Shown piece after piece: positions 10,775 to 20,280 of a stretch of DNA of 64,000 nucleotides. The DNA lies in the NCBI GenBank assembly GCA_964485395.1, contig CAZAJF010000006.1, positions 41,195 through 105,194 on the forward strand. Reading direction: 5' to 3'. Source of the DNA: an uncultured Treponemataceae bacterium (GTDB taxonomy: Bacteria > Spirochaetota > Spirochaetia > Treponematales > UBA12059). Made by a program: the position numbers and the translations under genes. Every line of letters starts with the position of its first letter. Positions within the stretch are counted from its first letter, which is position 1. The notes under the pieces are model-generated. The model did not search any database, was not told the DNA's origin, and worked only from the letters and a program-made list of their open reading frames with translations.

Positions 10775-10797
10775 ATTCAATCCGGAACGGATTGAAT
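10775..10797. repeat. Palindromic element ATTCAATCCG-GAA-CGGATTGAAT (copy 1 of 3)
   Basis: Perfect 10-bp inverted repeat immediately after the rbr stop. The same arm sequence recurs at 10818 and 11794. Confidence 0.6.
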
Positions 10798-10817
10798 ATC
10801 GATACTTTTGGATCTGA

Positions 10818-10845
10818 CAATTCCATCCGGGTGCGGATTGAATTG
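10818..10845. repeat. Palindromic element CAATTCCATCCG-GGTG-CGGATTGAATTG (copy 2)
   Basis: 12-bp arms with one mismatch. It shares the CGGATTGAAT arm with copy 1. Confidence 0.5.
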
Positions 10846-10868
10846 AGTTGGTTATGAGGAGGCATAAG

Positions 10869-11243
10869 ATGATTACAGTCAATCAAGTGTACCGCTGCGA
10901 AAAATGCGGAAATATCGTGGAAGTGCTCTTTGCCGGCGGCGGCGAGCTCGTCTGCTGCGGCCAGCCCATGAAGCTTCTCGTGGAGAACACGACCGAAGCC
11001 GCCAAGGAAAAACATATACCCGTCATCGAGAAGATCGCGGACGGCTATCGCGTCACCGTGGGCGCCGTGGCGCATCCCATGGAAGAAAAACACTCGATTC
11101 AATGGATCGAGCTGATAGCGGACGGCATCGTGTACCGCGCCGTCCTTGCGCCCGGCGGAAAGCCGGAAGCCGAATTCAAGGTAAAGGCTGCCAAGGTAAG
11201 CGCACGGGAATATTGCAATCTTCACGGCCTCTGGAAGGCATAA
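10869..11243 (+). CDS. dfx: Desulfoferrodoxin (2Fe superoxide reductase)
   Basis: The N-terminal desulforedoxin-like motif is [10 protein letters not shown]...VCCGQPM. The C-terminal SOR centre has [13 protein letters not shown] and CNLHGLW. GAGGAGG lies upstream of the ATG at 10869. Confidence 0.9.
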   Translation: MITVNQVYRCEKCGNIVEVLFAGGGELVCCGQPMKLLVENTTEAAKEKHIPVIEKIADGYRVTVGAVAHPMEEKHSIQWIELIADGIVYRAVLAPGGKPEAEFKVKAAKVSAREYCNLHGLWKA

Positions 11244-11281
11244 AACCAAGTATCGGCATCAAACTTCAGAGGAGATGATGG

Positions 11282-11443
11282 ATGAAGAAATTCGTATGTG
11301 ACGTATGCGGCTATATTTATGATCCGGAGCTCGGAGACCCCGATTCCAAAATGCCCGCAGGAACCAGTTTCGACGCCTTGCCGGACTCGTGGGTATGCCC
11401 CCTCTGCGGCGCAGGTAAAGATAACTTCAGCCCTGTCGAATAG
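11282..11443 (+). CDS. rub: Rubredoxin (53 aa, absent from the ORF track)
   Basis: Hand translation gives [53 protein letters not shown]. It has both CxxCG knuckles. Confidence 0.9.
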   Translation: MKKFVCDVCGYIYDPELGDPDSKMPAGTSFDALPDSWVCPLCGAGKDNFSPVE

Positions 11444-11498
11444 GCGGGAGCCCGGCCCCCCGAATACCGGGGGGTCATTTTTTATGCATGGAGCAGGT

Positions 11499-11789
11499 AT
11501 GATCTCACGGGAAGAATTTGTTTTTACCATCGGCTATGACGGAACCACCGCGATGGTGGATTCCAAGGCGAAAGCGAAGTACGGGAAGCTGTCCACGATG
11601 GAACTGGCCAGGCAAGGCTTGTTCCGGGCAGCGTTCGCCTCGGCGCTTTTCAGCAAAAACGAACCTGAATTCAAGAATTTCGCAGAATACTTCAACGGAG
11701 TATCGGGCACTGCCTATACGACCGTCGAGGAATTCAAGCGTCTCTTCGGCGTCAACGTGGAAACGGTGAAGCGAGTCTTGTCCCTTTGA
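11499..11789 (+). CDS. Hypothetical protein
   Basis: In-frame ATG at 11499 after GGAGCAGG within ORF 11298..11789. No motif recognised. Confidence 0.4.
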   Translation: MISREEFVFTIGYDGTTAMVDSKAKAKYGKLSTMELARQGLFRAAFASALFSKNEPEFKNFAEYFNGVSGTAYTTVEEFKRLFGVNVETVKRVLSL

Positions 11790-11793
11790 CGGA

Positions 11794-11821
11794 AAATTCA
11801 ATTCGTAAACGAATTGAATTT
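11794..11821. terminator. Bidirectional hairpin AAATTCAATTCG-TAAA-CGAATTGAATTT (palindromic element copy 3)
   Basis: Perfect 12-bp stem between convergent genes ending at 11789 (+) and 11828 (-). Confidence 0.5.
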
Positions 11822-11827
11822 CTCGGG

Positions 11828-13045
11828 TCAGCGCTTTTCCGCGGAAACGATGAAGCCTTTCAGGTAGCGCGATTCCGGGTAGCCGGAGACAATGGGGTGG
11901 TCGGGAGCCTGGCAGAGTTCCTGGATGTATCGCAGGCGCATGCCGGTATCGGCGGCCGCCGCTTCCAAGGTATCAAGGAAGCGCTCGCGAGACAGCCAGA
12001 ACGAGCATGAGAAGGTAGCCAGGATTCCGCCCTCGCCCAAGAGTTTGAGCGCCCGCACGTTTATTTCCCGATACCCGCGAATGGCACCGTCTACGGACGC
12101 CCGGTTTTTGGCGAAGGCAGGCGGGTCCAGCACGATAAGGCCATAGGGCCCTTTGGATGCCGTCTCGTCCCGCAGGAAATCAAAAGCGTTCGCCGCGTGG
12201 GTGGCTATGAGTGCGTCCAGCCCGTTGGCTTTGGCATTGGCGGCAACAGCGCTCACGGCATCGAAAGAAGCATCCACGGCAAGGACGCTCTGCGCTCCGG
12301 CAGCAGCGGCCGCCAGGGAAAAACCACCCTCGTTGCAGAACATGTCCAGCACTTTTTTTCCGCGCGCGTGGGCGGCAACCAAGGCGCGGTTTTCCCGCTG
12401 GTCCATAAACCAGCCGGTCTTTTGCCCTTCCCCGATATGCACGCCGAACTTAAGCCCATTTTCGGTAATCGAGATGCTTTTAGGGACGCTGCCCAAAATT
12501 ACGCCCGTCTTGGGTTCGAGTCCCTCAAGCTTGCGCACCGAGGCTTCGCTCCGTTCCATTATTCCGTCCGGCGCCAGCGCCTCGGAGAGCAGCTTTAGGA
12601 TCATGTCGCGGCGGCGATCCATGCCGAACGATAAAAACTGCACCGAAAGCCAAGAGCCCTTGGCTCCCGTCGCGTCGCTTCCCACGAATCGGTCTACGAT
12701 AAGACCGGGCAACCCATCGGCTTCCGCGAATAGAATCCTGGCGCAGTCGGCATCGAAGTTTCGGCACTGCCTGCGCAGCACTACGGCTTTTTGGATGCGC
12801 GCGCGCACGAGCTCTTCCGACAGGGCAATGTCGTCCGCGGAATACAGGCGAATCCTGATTTTAGAGCTGGGGCTGTAGATGCCCGTGCCCATGAAGCGCT
12901 TTTGCGAGGAAAAAACGTGAACCTCGTCTCCGGGCTCGGCGTTGCCGGCGATGCGGCCGATCTCGTTGTTGTAAACCCAGGGGTGCCCGCGGAGGAGCCT
13001 GTCTTCTTCGTGCTGCTTAAGGTATGCCGATGCCAGTGTTCTCAT
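11828..13045 (-). CDS. rlmI: PUA-domain class I SAM-dependent rRNA (cytosine-C5) methyltransferase, RlmI-like
   Basis: 405 aa. The N-terminus LRGHPWVYNNEI is typical of RlmI/YccW, and the SAM site is VLDMFCNEGGFS. Confidence 0.7.
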   Translation of the reverse strand: MRTLASAYLKQHEEDRLLRGHPWVYNNEIGRIAGNAEPGDEVHVFSSQKRFMGTGIYSPSSKIRIRLYSADDIALSEELVRARIQKAVVLRRQCRNFDADCARILFAEADGLPGLIVDRFVGSDATGAKGSWLSVQFLSFGMDRRRDMILKLLSEALAPDGIMERSEASVRKLEGLEPKTGVILGSVPKSISITENGLKFGVHIGEGQKTGWFMDQRENRALVAAHARGKKVLDMFCNEGGFSLAAAAAGAQSVLAVDASFDAVSAVAANAKANGLDALIATHAANAFDFLRDETASKGPYGLIVLDPPAFAKNRASVDGAIRGYREINVRALKLLGEGGILATFSCSFWLSRERFLDTLEAAAADTGMRLRYIQELCQAPDHPIVSGYPESRYLKGFIVSAEKR

Positions 13046-13087
13046 GCCTTCAATGCTAGACTGCCCGGCGACACCATTGCAAGAGGC

Positions 13088-13729
13088 TTAAGGCTCCCCG
13101 CCCTCAAGCGGAATCTTTATTTCTCCATGACCGATTACCGACGGTATCAGGCTCCCCGAGCTCACCCCGGCAAGCCTATCCCGGAACTCGGCGAGCCGCT
13201 CATCCACGACGCACGCTTCCAAGCTGACTGTTTCGGCGAATTTCTCGTTTAAGACGAGTATCTTCGAGTCGTCGAGCAGCCTCCGTACCCGATCGAAGAT
13301 TTCATAGGATACATTCAGGGATACGGTCGTGGCAGGCGTAAGACTCGCTCGCCTTACCGCGGATACAACAAGTTTTCCGGCTTGCGAATAAGCCTTGACG
13401 AGACCTCCGGTGCCAAGCAGCGTGCCCCCGAAGTATCGGCTTACCACCACGGCTATATCTCCCATGCCCGACCCTTTTACGACGGCGAGCAAAGGTCGGC
13501 CCGAGGTTCCGGATGGCTCCCCGTCGTCCGAGCAGAACTCGCTCACGGAACTTCCTCCCCCGATGATCCATGCGGGAACGTGATGGGAAGCATCCGCGAA
13601 TTCGGCACGCGTCGCGGCGAGGAACGCCCGCGCTTCCTCATGGCAGGTAATGGGAGAGAGGCTTGCTATGAATCTGGAATTCAGGACGACGAGCTCCCGC
13701 CGTGCGGATTCCATAGGTACGGTTCGCAT
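13088..13729 (-). CDS. yigZ: YigZ/IMPACT-family protein (UPF0029)
   Basis: Has the signature VVVSRYFGGTLLGTGGLVKAY. Confidence 0.75.
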   Translation of the reverse strand: MRTVPMESARRELVVLNSRFIASLSPITCHEEARAFLAATRAEFADASHHVPAWIIGGGSSVSEFCSDDGEPSGTSGRPLLAVVKGSGMGDIAVVVSRYFGGTLLGTGGLVKAYSQAGKLVVSAVRRASLTPATTVSLNVSYEIFDRVRRLLDDSKILVLNEKFAETVSLEACVVDERLAEFRDRLAGVSSGSLIPSVIGHGEIKIPLEGGEP

Positions 13730-13908
13730 CGCTCGAGTATGCCATATCGATTAATCTTATGCTATTCCACGCTTGTTTTTTACTACCGGCGGCGATATAT
13801 TAAAGCCTTGTGTGCAGGGTCGTCGCGCGTTGCGGACATCAGGCATACGCTGCGGCTATACGCGCGGCATCGCCCCGGACAGGGGCAAACAATTTTTTTG
13901 GAGGTCGT

Positions 13909-14631
13909 ATGACTCTTGGAAAACGCATTACGGCAATTATATTCGCCTTGCTCGCCAGCATTCCTGTCTTCGCGGACATATTCGTGAGAGGCGACGGCAA
14001 AGTCACGGAAAGCATCCGCAAGGTAAGCGGTTTCGACGCCTTGGACGTTTCCGGCGTCGCCCAGATCACCGTTTCGGAAGGCAAGGATTACTCGGTTATC
14101 GTGGAAACGGATTCCAACCTTCAGTCGGTCTTCGAGACGAAAGTAAAGGGAAACGTACTCGTACTCGGTTTCAAGCCGGGTACCAGCATCAGCCATGTTA
14201 CCAAACTCAACGTGGCCATTACCATGCCCAAATTATCAGCAGTATCAATTTCCGGCACTTCGGCCATAACGCTCGCGGACAAATTCTCCGGCGGCTCGCT
14301 CGGCGTGGACATCTCCGGAAACGGCGAGTTTTCAGGTGCGCTCGATTATAAAAACGTAGCGCTGGATGGCTCAGGGTCCTCATCCTTCAATATTTCTGGA
14401 AAAGCCGAAAAGATCGTCGCCGGCATTTCCGGCGCTGCCAATATCAATGCAAAAAGCTTTTCGGTCGCCAAGGCCGTCATAGATATCAGCGGCGTAGGTT
14501 CGGTGCGCATCGCGGTCAGCGAAACCCTTGAGGTAAGCATCAGCGGCGCAGGTTCCGTTACCTATTACGGCAATCCCAAAAACATCAAGCAGGATATTTC
14601 CGGAGTCGGAAGCATCAAGCAAGGTTCCTGA
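13909..14631 (+). CDS. Secreted DUF2807 / GIN-domain (adhesin-head-like) protein
   Basis: ATG at 13909 after GGAGG. The signal peptide is ITAIIFALLASIPVFA. Beta-helix-like units G.G...I.G repeat, and the protein ends in SVTYYGNP. Confidence 0.65.
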   Translation: MTLGKRITAIIFALLASIPVFADIFVRGDGKVTESIRKVSGFDALDVSGVAQITVSEGKDYSVIVETDSNLQSVFETKVKGNVLVLGFKPGTSISHVTKLNVAITMPKLSAVSISGTSAITLADKFSGGSLGVDISGNGEFSGALDYKNVALDGSGSSSFNISGKAEKIVAGISGAANINAKSFSVAKAVIDISGVGSVRIAVSETLEVSISGAGSVTYYGNPKNIKQDISGVGSIKQGS

Positions 14632-14759
14632 TCAGGAAAGGCGCCTTCTTAAAACGAGAGTTTTGTGAGGGCGCTTATAGTTTTTTTTCCTCTTTTATAA
14701 AATTCCGGCTCAAAACACGCTATACTACTCAAGAAGAGACCGAAACCCGGAGGAAGTAT

Positions 14760-16763
14760 ATGCGAAAACTATTTGGTGCCTTTTTTGTTTTTCTAGTGTG
14801 TATGTGCCTTATCGCTTCCTGTACGGGAGCTCCAAAAGGTACGCCCCAACCGGAAATTGCATCAGACAGGGTCGGCGCTCCCGGATCGACTCCGGGAGCG
14901 ACTCCCGCACCTCCACCGGGCGAACCCTATGCAGGGGCGGGCACGACGGCGACACCTGCGGACAAAGACTCGGGAAAACCGGAAAAACTAGCTGAGGAGG
15001 TTGCCAAAGCCGGTACGGCGGCTACAACATCCGACGACAAGGCTAAAAAAGACACCGAAGGCACCGTAAGCCCTTCCACGACGCCTATGGTTGCGGACGC
15101 CCTCCGGGGTAGTACGGCAACGGGTGAAACGACATGGACCGAGGCAGCTCCCGCAAAGCCGCCTGCCGCGAGCCCCACGACTACCGCCGGCACCGTTGGG
15201 TCCGCCAAAAAACCCGTGGCATCGGCATCGGGCCTCAAAGCGGGCTTTTCGGACGACAACGCGCAATTCAACTACTTTGTGGACTTCCTGAAAAAATACG
15301 CCACAGTTCCGCATCTGGATTTCGATATCAGCGAGCGCCTGGCCATCCGGGTTCTGGACGTAGACGGCAAGCCGGTCGCCAATGCGCAGGTTTCCATATA
15401 CGCTCCGGCCTCGGCAGGGTCCAACAAGGCAGGGAAGCTGCTGGCGGCGGGAACGAGTTTCTCCGACGGCATATTCCGGTTCTACCCCAAAGCGCAGGCG
15501 GGCGACGCGAAATCGTTCCTGGCGGCCATCGGCGGCAGCCAGAGCCTTATTCCCGTACAGAGAGACGGCAAGCGCACGGTGGACATCAAGCTCGGCATCA
15601 AGAGAGCCGTACCCGCGCCCGTTCCGCTGGACGTGCTGTTCGTCATGGATACCACCGGTTCCATGGGCGAGGAAATCGAGCGGCTCCGCTCCACCATCGA
15701 GATCATCCACTCCAACATATCCGCGCTCAAGCCAAGGCCGCTCGTGCGATTCGGCATGGTTCTCTACAAGGACCGCGGTGATGCTTATATAACCGAGATC
15801 GTGCCCTTCACCGGCGACGTCGACGCCTTTCAGCGGGAGCTGGACAAAGTGAGCGCCTCGGGCGGCGGCGACGGGCCGGAAGACCTCGAGACCGCCCTCG
15901 ACGACGCCGTGAACAAGATGGACTGGAACAAGGACGGCGTGCGCACCGTATTCGTGGTCACCGACGCGGAGCCCCACCTGGACTACTACCATGAATACAC
16001 CTACATGGACGCCGCCAACGACGCCAGGGCCAAGGGAATAAAAATTTACACCATTGGCACGGGCGGGCTTCCCCTGGAGGGGGAATACGTGCTCAGGCAG
16101 GTATCCCAGCTTACGGAAGGCAAGTATATATTCCTGACGTACGGCGAGAAGACGGAGGCGGGCGGCGGCACCGAAGGTTCGGTAAGCCACCATACGGGCG
16201 CCAATTTTACCACGGACAAGCTCGAGGCCATCATCATCCGATTCGTGCGCGACGAAGTAGCCAACCTCTCCGATACGCCGCCGGTCGTGGACGAGAGCTA
16301 TTTCACCGCGGACAAGATAAGCGCCGAAAGCCGCGACCAGACCCTGGACGCCCTGTTCGAGGAAGCATTGGGCAACCTATCGGACTACTCCACGTTCAAG
16401 ATAGACGCGAGCACGACCTGCGCGGTCCTGCCCATAACTCCCATGGCCGATGGAATCGCGCCTACGGCCGAATATTTCGCGGAGCGGCTTTCCATGACCG
16501 GGGCCAAGGCCAAGCGCTTCAAGCTGGTGGAGCGAAAAGACCTGCAAAAAGTGCTTAAAGAGCTGGAACTGCAGCTTTCCGGCCTCGTGGACGACGCCAA
16601 CGCCGCCAAGGTGGGACAATTCCTCGGGGCGGACATCCTGGTGGCCGGGACGCTGTACAAGCGCGCGGACCGCTATGAATTATTCTTGAAGCTGGTTCGG
16701 GTCTCCACGGCCGAAGTGCTTGCGGTTACCAGGGCGAAGATAGACTTCGACCTGGGCCTGTAG
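14760..16763 (+). CDS. von Willebrand factor A domain lipoprotein
   Basis: The lipobox is LIASC, followed by a low-complexity Pro/Ala/Thr linker. The vWA MIDAS motif is VMDTTGSMGEEI. The C-terminal block (KDLQKVLKELELQLSGLVD...ADILVAGTLY) resembles CsgG/LpoB-type modules. Confidence 0.75.
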   Translation: MRKLFGAFFVFLVCMCLIASCTGAPKGTPQPEIASDRVGAPGSTPGATPAPPPGEPYAGAGTTATPADKDSGKPEKLAEEVAKAGTAATTSDDKAKKDTEGTVSPSTTPMVADALRGSTATGETTWTEAAPAKPPAASPTTTAGTVGSAKKPVASASGLKAGFSDDNAQFNYFVDFLKKYATVPHLDFDISERLAIRVLDVDGKPVANAQVSIYAPASAGSNKAGKLLAAGTSFSDGIFRFYPKAQAGDAKSFLAAIGGSQSLIPVQRDGKRTVDIKLGIKRAVPAPVPLDVLFVMDTTGSMGEEIERLRSTIEIIHSNISALKPRPLVRFGMVLYKDRGDAYITEIVPFTGDVDAFQRELDKVSASGGGDGPEDLETALDDAVNKMDWNKDGVRTVFVVTDAEPHLDYYHEYTYMDAANDARAKGIKIYTIGTGGLPLEGEYVLRQVSQLTEGKYIFLTYGEKTEAGGGTEGSVSHHTGANFTTDKLEAIIIRFVRDEVANLSDTPPVVDESYFTADKISAESRDQTLDALFEEALGNLSDYSTFKIDASTTCAVLPITPMADGIAPTAEYFAERLSMTGAKAKRFKLVERKDLQKVLKELELQLSGLVDDANAAKVGQFLGADILVAGTLYKRADRYELFLKLVRVSTAEVLAVTRAKIDFDLGL

Positions 16764-16771
16764 AGCTACTC

Positions 16772-18175
16772 ATGGCGGTGAAGGCCGAGAAGACGGTATA
16801 CGAATGCTCATGCGGCCATAGGGAACCCAAGTGGCTGGGACGCTGCCCTTCCTGCGGGGAATGGAATACCCTGCATGAATCCCGGGCGCAGGCGGCGGTG
16901 AACAGGGCCGTAAAGGCGGGGAAATTTTCCATGCCGCTGTCCGCGGTGGATCCGGCCGAAGGCGTCCGCGTAAGCTCGGGGATGCCCGAGGTGGACAGGG
17001 TTCTGGGCGGCGGAATCATGCGCGGGTCCAGCGTGCTTGTGGGCGGGGAGCCGGGAATCGGCAAGAGCACGCTGCTCCTGCAGATCGCCGCCAAGGCCGG
17101 GGTAAAAGGCCGAATCCTCTACGTATCGGGCGAGGAAAGCGCCGCCCATATACGCCTCCGCGCGGATCGTCTCGGCCTCAAGCGGGACAGCCTCGAGATA
17201 CTGTGCTCGGGCGACCTCCCCGAAGTGCTAACCACGCTGGATCGCGTCAAGCCGGACCTGTTCGTGGTGGACTCCATGCAGACGATGCTTTCCGCGGAGG
17301 GCGGCGCGATACCGGGCACCGCAAACCAGGTTAAATATTGTTCGCTCGAATTGTCCGACTGGGCGAGGGACCACGCGTCCGCCTGCTTTCTCGTGGCGCA
17401 CGTCACCAAGGACGGCATGATAGCCGGTCCCAAGGCGGCCGAGCATATCGTGGACGTGGTACTCATGTTCGAGCAGACCGACTCCGACGTGCGCTTCCTC
17501 CGTTCCACCAAGAACCGATTCGGGTCCACCGACGAAGTGGGCCTGTTCACCATGACAGAAGCGGGGCTCGCGGAGGTATCCGATCCTTCCAGCGTGTTTC
17601 TCGTTCGCCGGGAAGGCCAGAACCCGGCAGGCGCGGCCGTGGCCGCAAGCTGGGAGGGCACCAGATGCTTCCTCGTGGAAATACAGGCGCTTACCGTACC
17701 GGGCAAAGCTTCCATGACGCGGGTATATTCGGACAGGATCGACGCCGCCAGGGTGGCGCGTGTCGCGGCGGTGCTGGAAAAACACGCGGGCCTGAGGTTT
17801 TCCGACCAGGATATCTACGTTAACGTGGCGGGAGGGATGCGCCTCATGGAACCGGGCATCGATCTGGCTCTCGCCCTAGCCCTCTATTCGGCGCGAACGG
17901 GCTTGGCCTTGCAGCCCAAGCTTGCGATGGCGGGCGAGATTTCCCTGGCGGGCGAAGTCCGCCCCATCCGCAGGATGCAGAGCAGGGCAAAGGCGGCGAA
18001 TGCCATGGGCTTTACTTCCGTAATCGGGCCGGCGGAACTCGCCTCCGCCGATTCCCGGCATGGCTCGGCGCCGCCAGGCGCGGATAAGTGGCAGAAGGCG
18101 AATTCCATAGGCCAGGCCATCCAACTGCTGTTCGGGGCAAAGCCTGCGGGCAAAAAAGCCTCGGCGGAAACGTGA
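16772..18175 (+). CDS. radA: DNA repair protein RadA/Sms
   Basis: Has the zinc finger CSCGH...CPSCGEW, Walker A GEPGIGKST, the KNRFG motif, and a Lon-like C-terminal domain. Confidence 0.9.
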   Translation: MAVKAEKTVYECSCGHREPKWLGRCPSCGEWNTLHESRAQAAVNRAVKAGKFSMPLSAVDPAEGVRVSSGMPEVDRVLGGGIMRGSSVLVGGEPGIGKSTLLLQIAAKAGVKGRILYVSGEESAAHIRLRADRLGLKRDSLEILCSGDLPEVLTTLDRVKPDLFVVDSMQTMLSAEGGAIPGTANQVKYCSLELSDWARDHASACFLVAHVTKDGMIAGPKAAEHIVDVVLMFEQTDSDVRFLRSTKNRFGSTDEVGLFTMTEAGLAEVSDPSSVFLVRREGQNPAGAAVAASWEGTRCFLVEIQALTVPGKASMTRVYSDRIDAARVARVAAVLEKHAGLRFSDQDIYVNVAGGMRLMEPGIDLALALALYSARTGLALQPKLAMAGEISLAGEVRPIRRMQSRAKAANAMGFTSVIGPAELASADSRHGSAPPGADKWQKANSIGQAIQLLFGAKPAGKKASAET

Positions 18176-18260
18176 GCATCCGCACAGGCAACGCCGAAAT
18201 ATTGGAATTATTTTTCTTGTACGCCTTTCGGGAAAATCATATACTGGTCGCGGAGGAATC

Positions 18261-20249
18261 ATGAAATACACGGCACCTGCCCAAAAAATCGCCGGCGTGG
18301 CCATCCCTTTGGCAGGAATCAAGACCAAAGGCTCGTGGTGTATCGGGGAATATCCGGATCTCGTTCCGCTCGCCGCGCTGTGCAATTCCGCGGGAATAAA
18401 ACTTATCCAGCTTTTGCCCATCAACGACTCAGGCGGCCAGAGCTCTCCCTATTCGGCGCTCTCGGCCTTTGCGCTGCATCCCCTGTACCTCCGCGTGGAA
18501 AACCTCCCCGAGGCGGCGGCGTTCCCCGAGGTCGTGGAATCGCTCGCGGCATACTCCGCGAAACACGCGCACGACGCGCGCTTTTCCTACATGGATGCCT
18601 ACCGGGTAAAAATGGACGCGCTCCGCACCATTTTCGAAGGCTTCAAGGAATCCATAGCGGCCCACCCCGAAACAAACGAATTCATCGCGTCGCACCCCTG
18701 GGTCACGACGTATTCCGTCTATAAGAGGCTAAAAAAAATTAACAGCGACCGGTCCTGGCGGGATTGGCAAAGCTATCGCGACCCTACGGACCACACCGTA
18801 TCCACGCTGTGGAACGACCCCGCCATGCGCCCCGAGCACCTGTTTTACGTATGGACGCAGGTCCGCTGCGCGCAGCAATGCGCCGCGGCCTCCCGCGCGG
18901 TCCGCGACGCGGGAATCACGCTGCTGGGCGACCTTCCCATCCTCATGAACGACGACTCGGCAGACGTCTGGGCAAACAGGCACTATTTTTCCATGGAGTT
19001 GCGCGCGGGAGCTCCGCCGGACATGTTCTCGCGCTATGGCCAAAACTGGGGCTTCCCCGTCTACGACTGGGATAGGCAGGCTGCCGACGGTTACTCCTTC
19101 TGGAAAAACCGGGTCGCCGAGGCTTCGGCCTATTACAGCGCCTACCGCATCGACCACGTTCTCGGTTTTTTTCGCATATGGGCCATGAGCGAATACGAGA
19201 GCGACGGCTACCTGGGGCATTTCCATCCAGAAATAGCCATAAGCGCCCAAGAATTGTCTGCCTGCGGGTTCTCGCAAGAGCGGCTCCGATGGCTTTCCCT
19301 GCCCCATGTCCAGGGTTCCGAGCTCCGCTCCGCCCTGGAAAAATCCGTGCGCGCAATGAGCGACCTGACCATCACCCGATCTGAGGTCGCGGAACCTCTG
19401 TTCAAGCGACTGGGCAGCGAAGACTTGTATCTGTTTGCGCCTGTAGTCCGCGGTACCGGCGACATCGACGCCAGGGGCCTACCCGCGGCTTTGGCGGAGT
19501 TCTTGAAATCCGCATGGCGCGACCGCGTTTTGCAGCCGCTATCGGGCGACTCCTTCGTGCCCACGTGGCGCCACTCGGAGGCATCCGCCTGGGCAAGTTT
19601 ATCCAAAGAAGAGCAGGAGAGCCTTGATCGGCTCTTCAAGCAAAAACAAGCAAAAAACGAAATACTCTGGGCAGAACGCGGCAGAAGGCTTTTAACCGTA
19701 CTGCTGGGGGCCTCGGACATGCTCGCCTGCGCAGAGGATCTCGGTGCGGTGCCGGATTGCGTTCCCGAGGTCCTGGCCGAATTGGGCATTCCCGGACTCA
19801 AGATTCCCCGATGGACCCGCTTCTGGAATAAAAACGGCCAGCCTTACGAGCCCCTTGCCGATTACCGGCCCGCCTCGGTATGCGCGGTAAGCGTTCACGA
19901 TACTTCTACGCTGCGGGAATGGTGGAACAGCGAGGCCGACCGCAATGATTTTTCCGCGGCGTATTGTCCCGAATTAAAAACGGTGCCCGACAAGCTGGAT
20001 GCGAAAACATCCTATGCGATCCTGCGGGCGCTTGCCCGAAGCGCTTCGTCCATTTTTGTTGCGCAAATGCAGGATTACCTGGATTTATCCGAGATGTTTC
20101 GCTCCGCGGATCCGCGCGAAGACCGCGTAAATATCCCCGGGACGCAAACGGACAGCAACTGGACATGGCGCATGCGGCCGACCCTCGAGGATTTATCCGC
20201 CGATGCGGAATGGCTCCGCTCCGTCGCGCAAATCGCGGCTCGTACTTGA
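18261..20249 (+). CDS. malQ: 4-alpha-glucanotransferase (GH77 amylomaltase)
   Basis: Motifs LLPINDSG..SPYS..SAFALHPLYL, YRIDHVLGFFRIW and AEDLG. Confidence 0.85.
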   Translation: MKYTAPAQKIAGVAIPLAGIKTKGSWCIGEYPDLVPLAALCNSAGIKLIQLLPINDSGGQSSPYSALSAFALHPLYLRVENLPEAAAFPEVVESLAAYSAKHAHDARFSYMDAYRVKMDALRTIFEGFKESIAAHPETNEFIASHPWVTTYSVYKRLKKINSDRSWRDWQSYRDPTDHTVSTLWNDPAMRPEHLFYVWTQVRCAQQCAAASRAVRDAGITLLGDLPILMNDDSADVWANRHYFSMELRAGAPPDMFSRYGQNWGFPVYDWDRQAADGYSFWKNRVAEASAYYSAYRIDHVLGFFRIWAMSEYESDGYLGHFHPEIAISAQELSACGFSQERLRWLSLPHVQGSELRSALEKSVRAMSDLTITRSEVAEPLFKRLGSEDLYLFAPVVRGTGDIDARGLPAALAEFLKSAWRDRVLQPLSGDSFVPTWRHSEASAWASLSKEEQESLDRLFKQKQAKNEILWAERGRRLLTVLLGASDMLACAEDLGAVPDCVPEVLAELGIPGLKIPRWTRFWNKNGQPYEPLADYRPASVCAVSVHDTSTLREWWNSEADRNDFSAAYCPELKTVPDKLDAKTSYAILRALARSASSIFVAQMQDYLDLSEMFRSADPREDRVNIPGTQTDSNWTWRMRPTLEDLSADAEWLRSVAQIAART

Positions 20250-20280
20250 TTTTTAGACGTAGATAGACACAATTAACTAA

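Noticed and set aside
10071-16193. Long antisense or alternative-frame ORFs occur in the GC-rich backbone. Examples are 10071..11249 (392 aa), 14988..16193 (401 aa), 3081..3905, 61606..62418 and 62561..63466.
   Set aside because: They lie opposite or out of frame to genes with strong family motifs. Their compositions are Arg/Gly/Pro/Ala-rich, which is typical of shadow ORFs in high-GC DNA.
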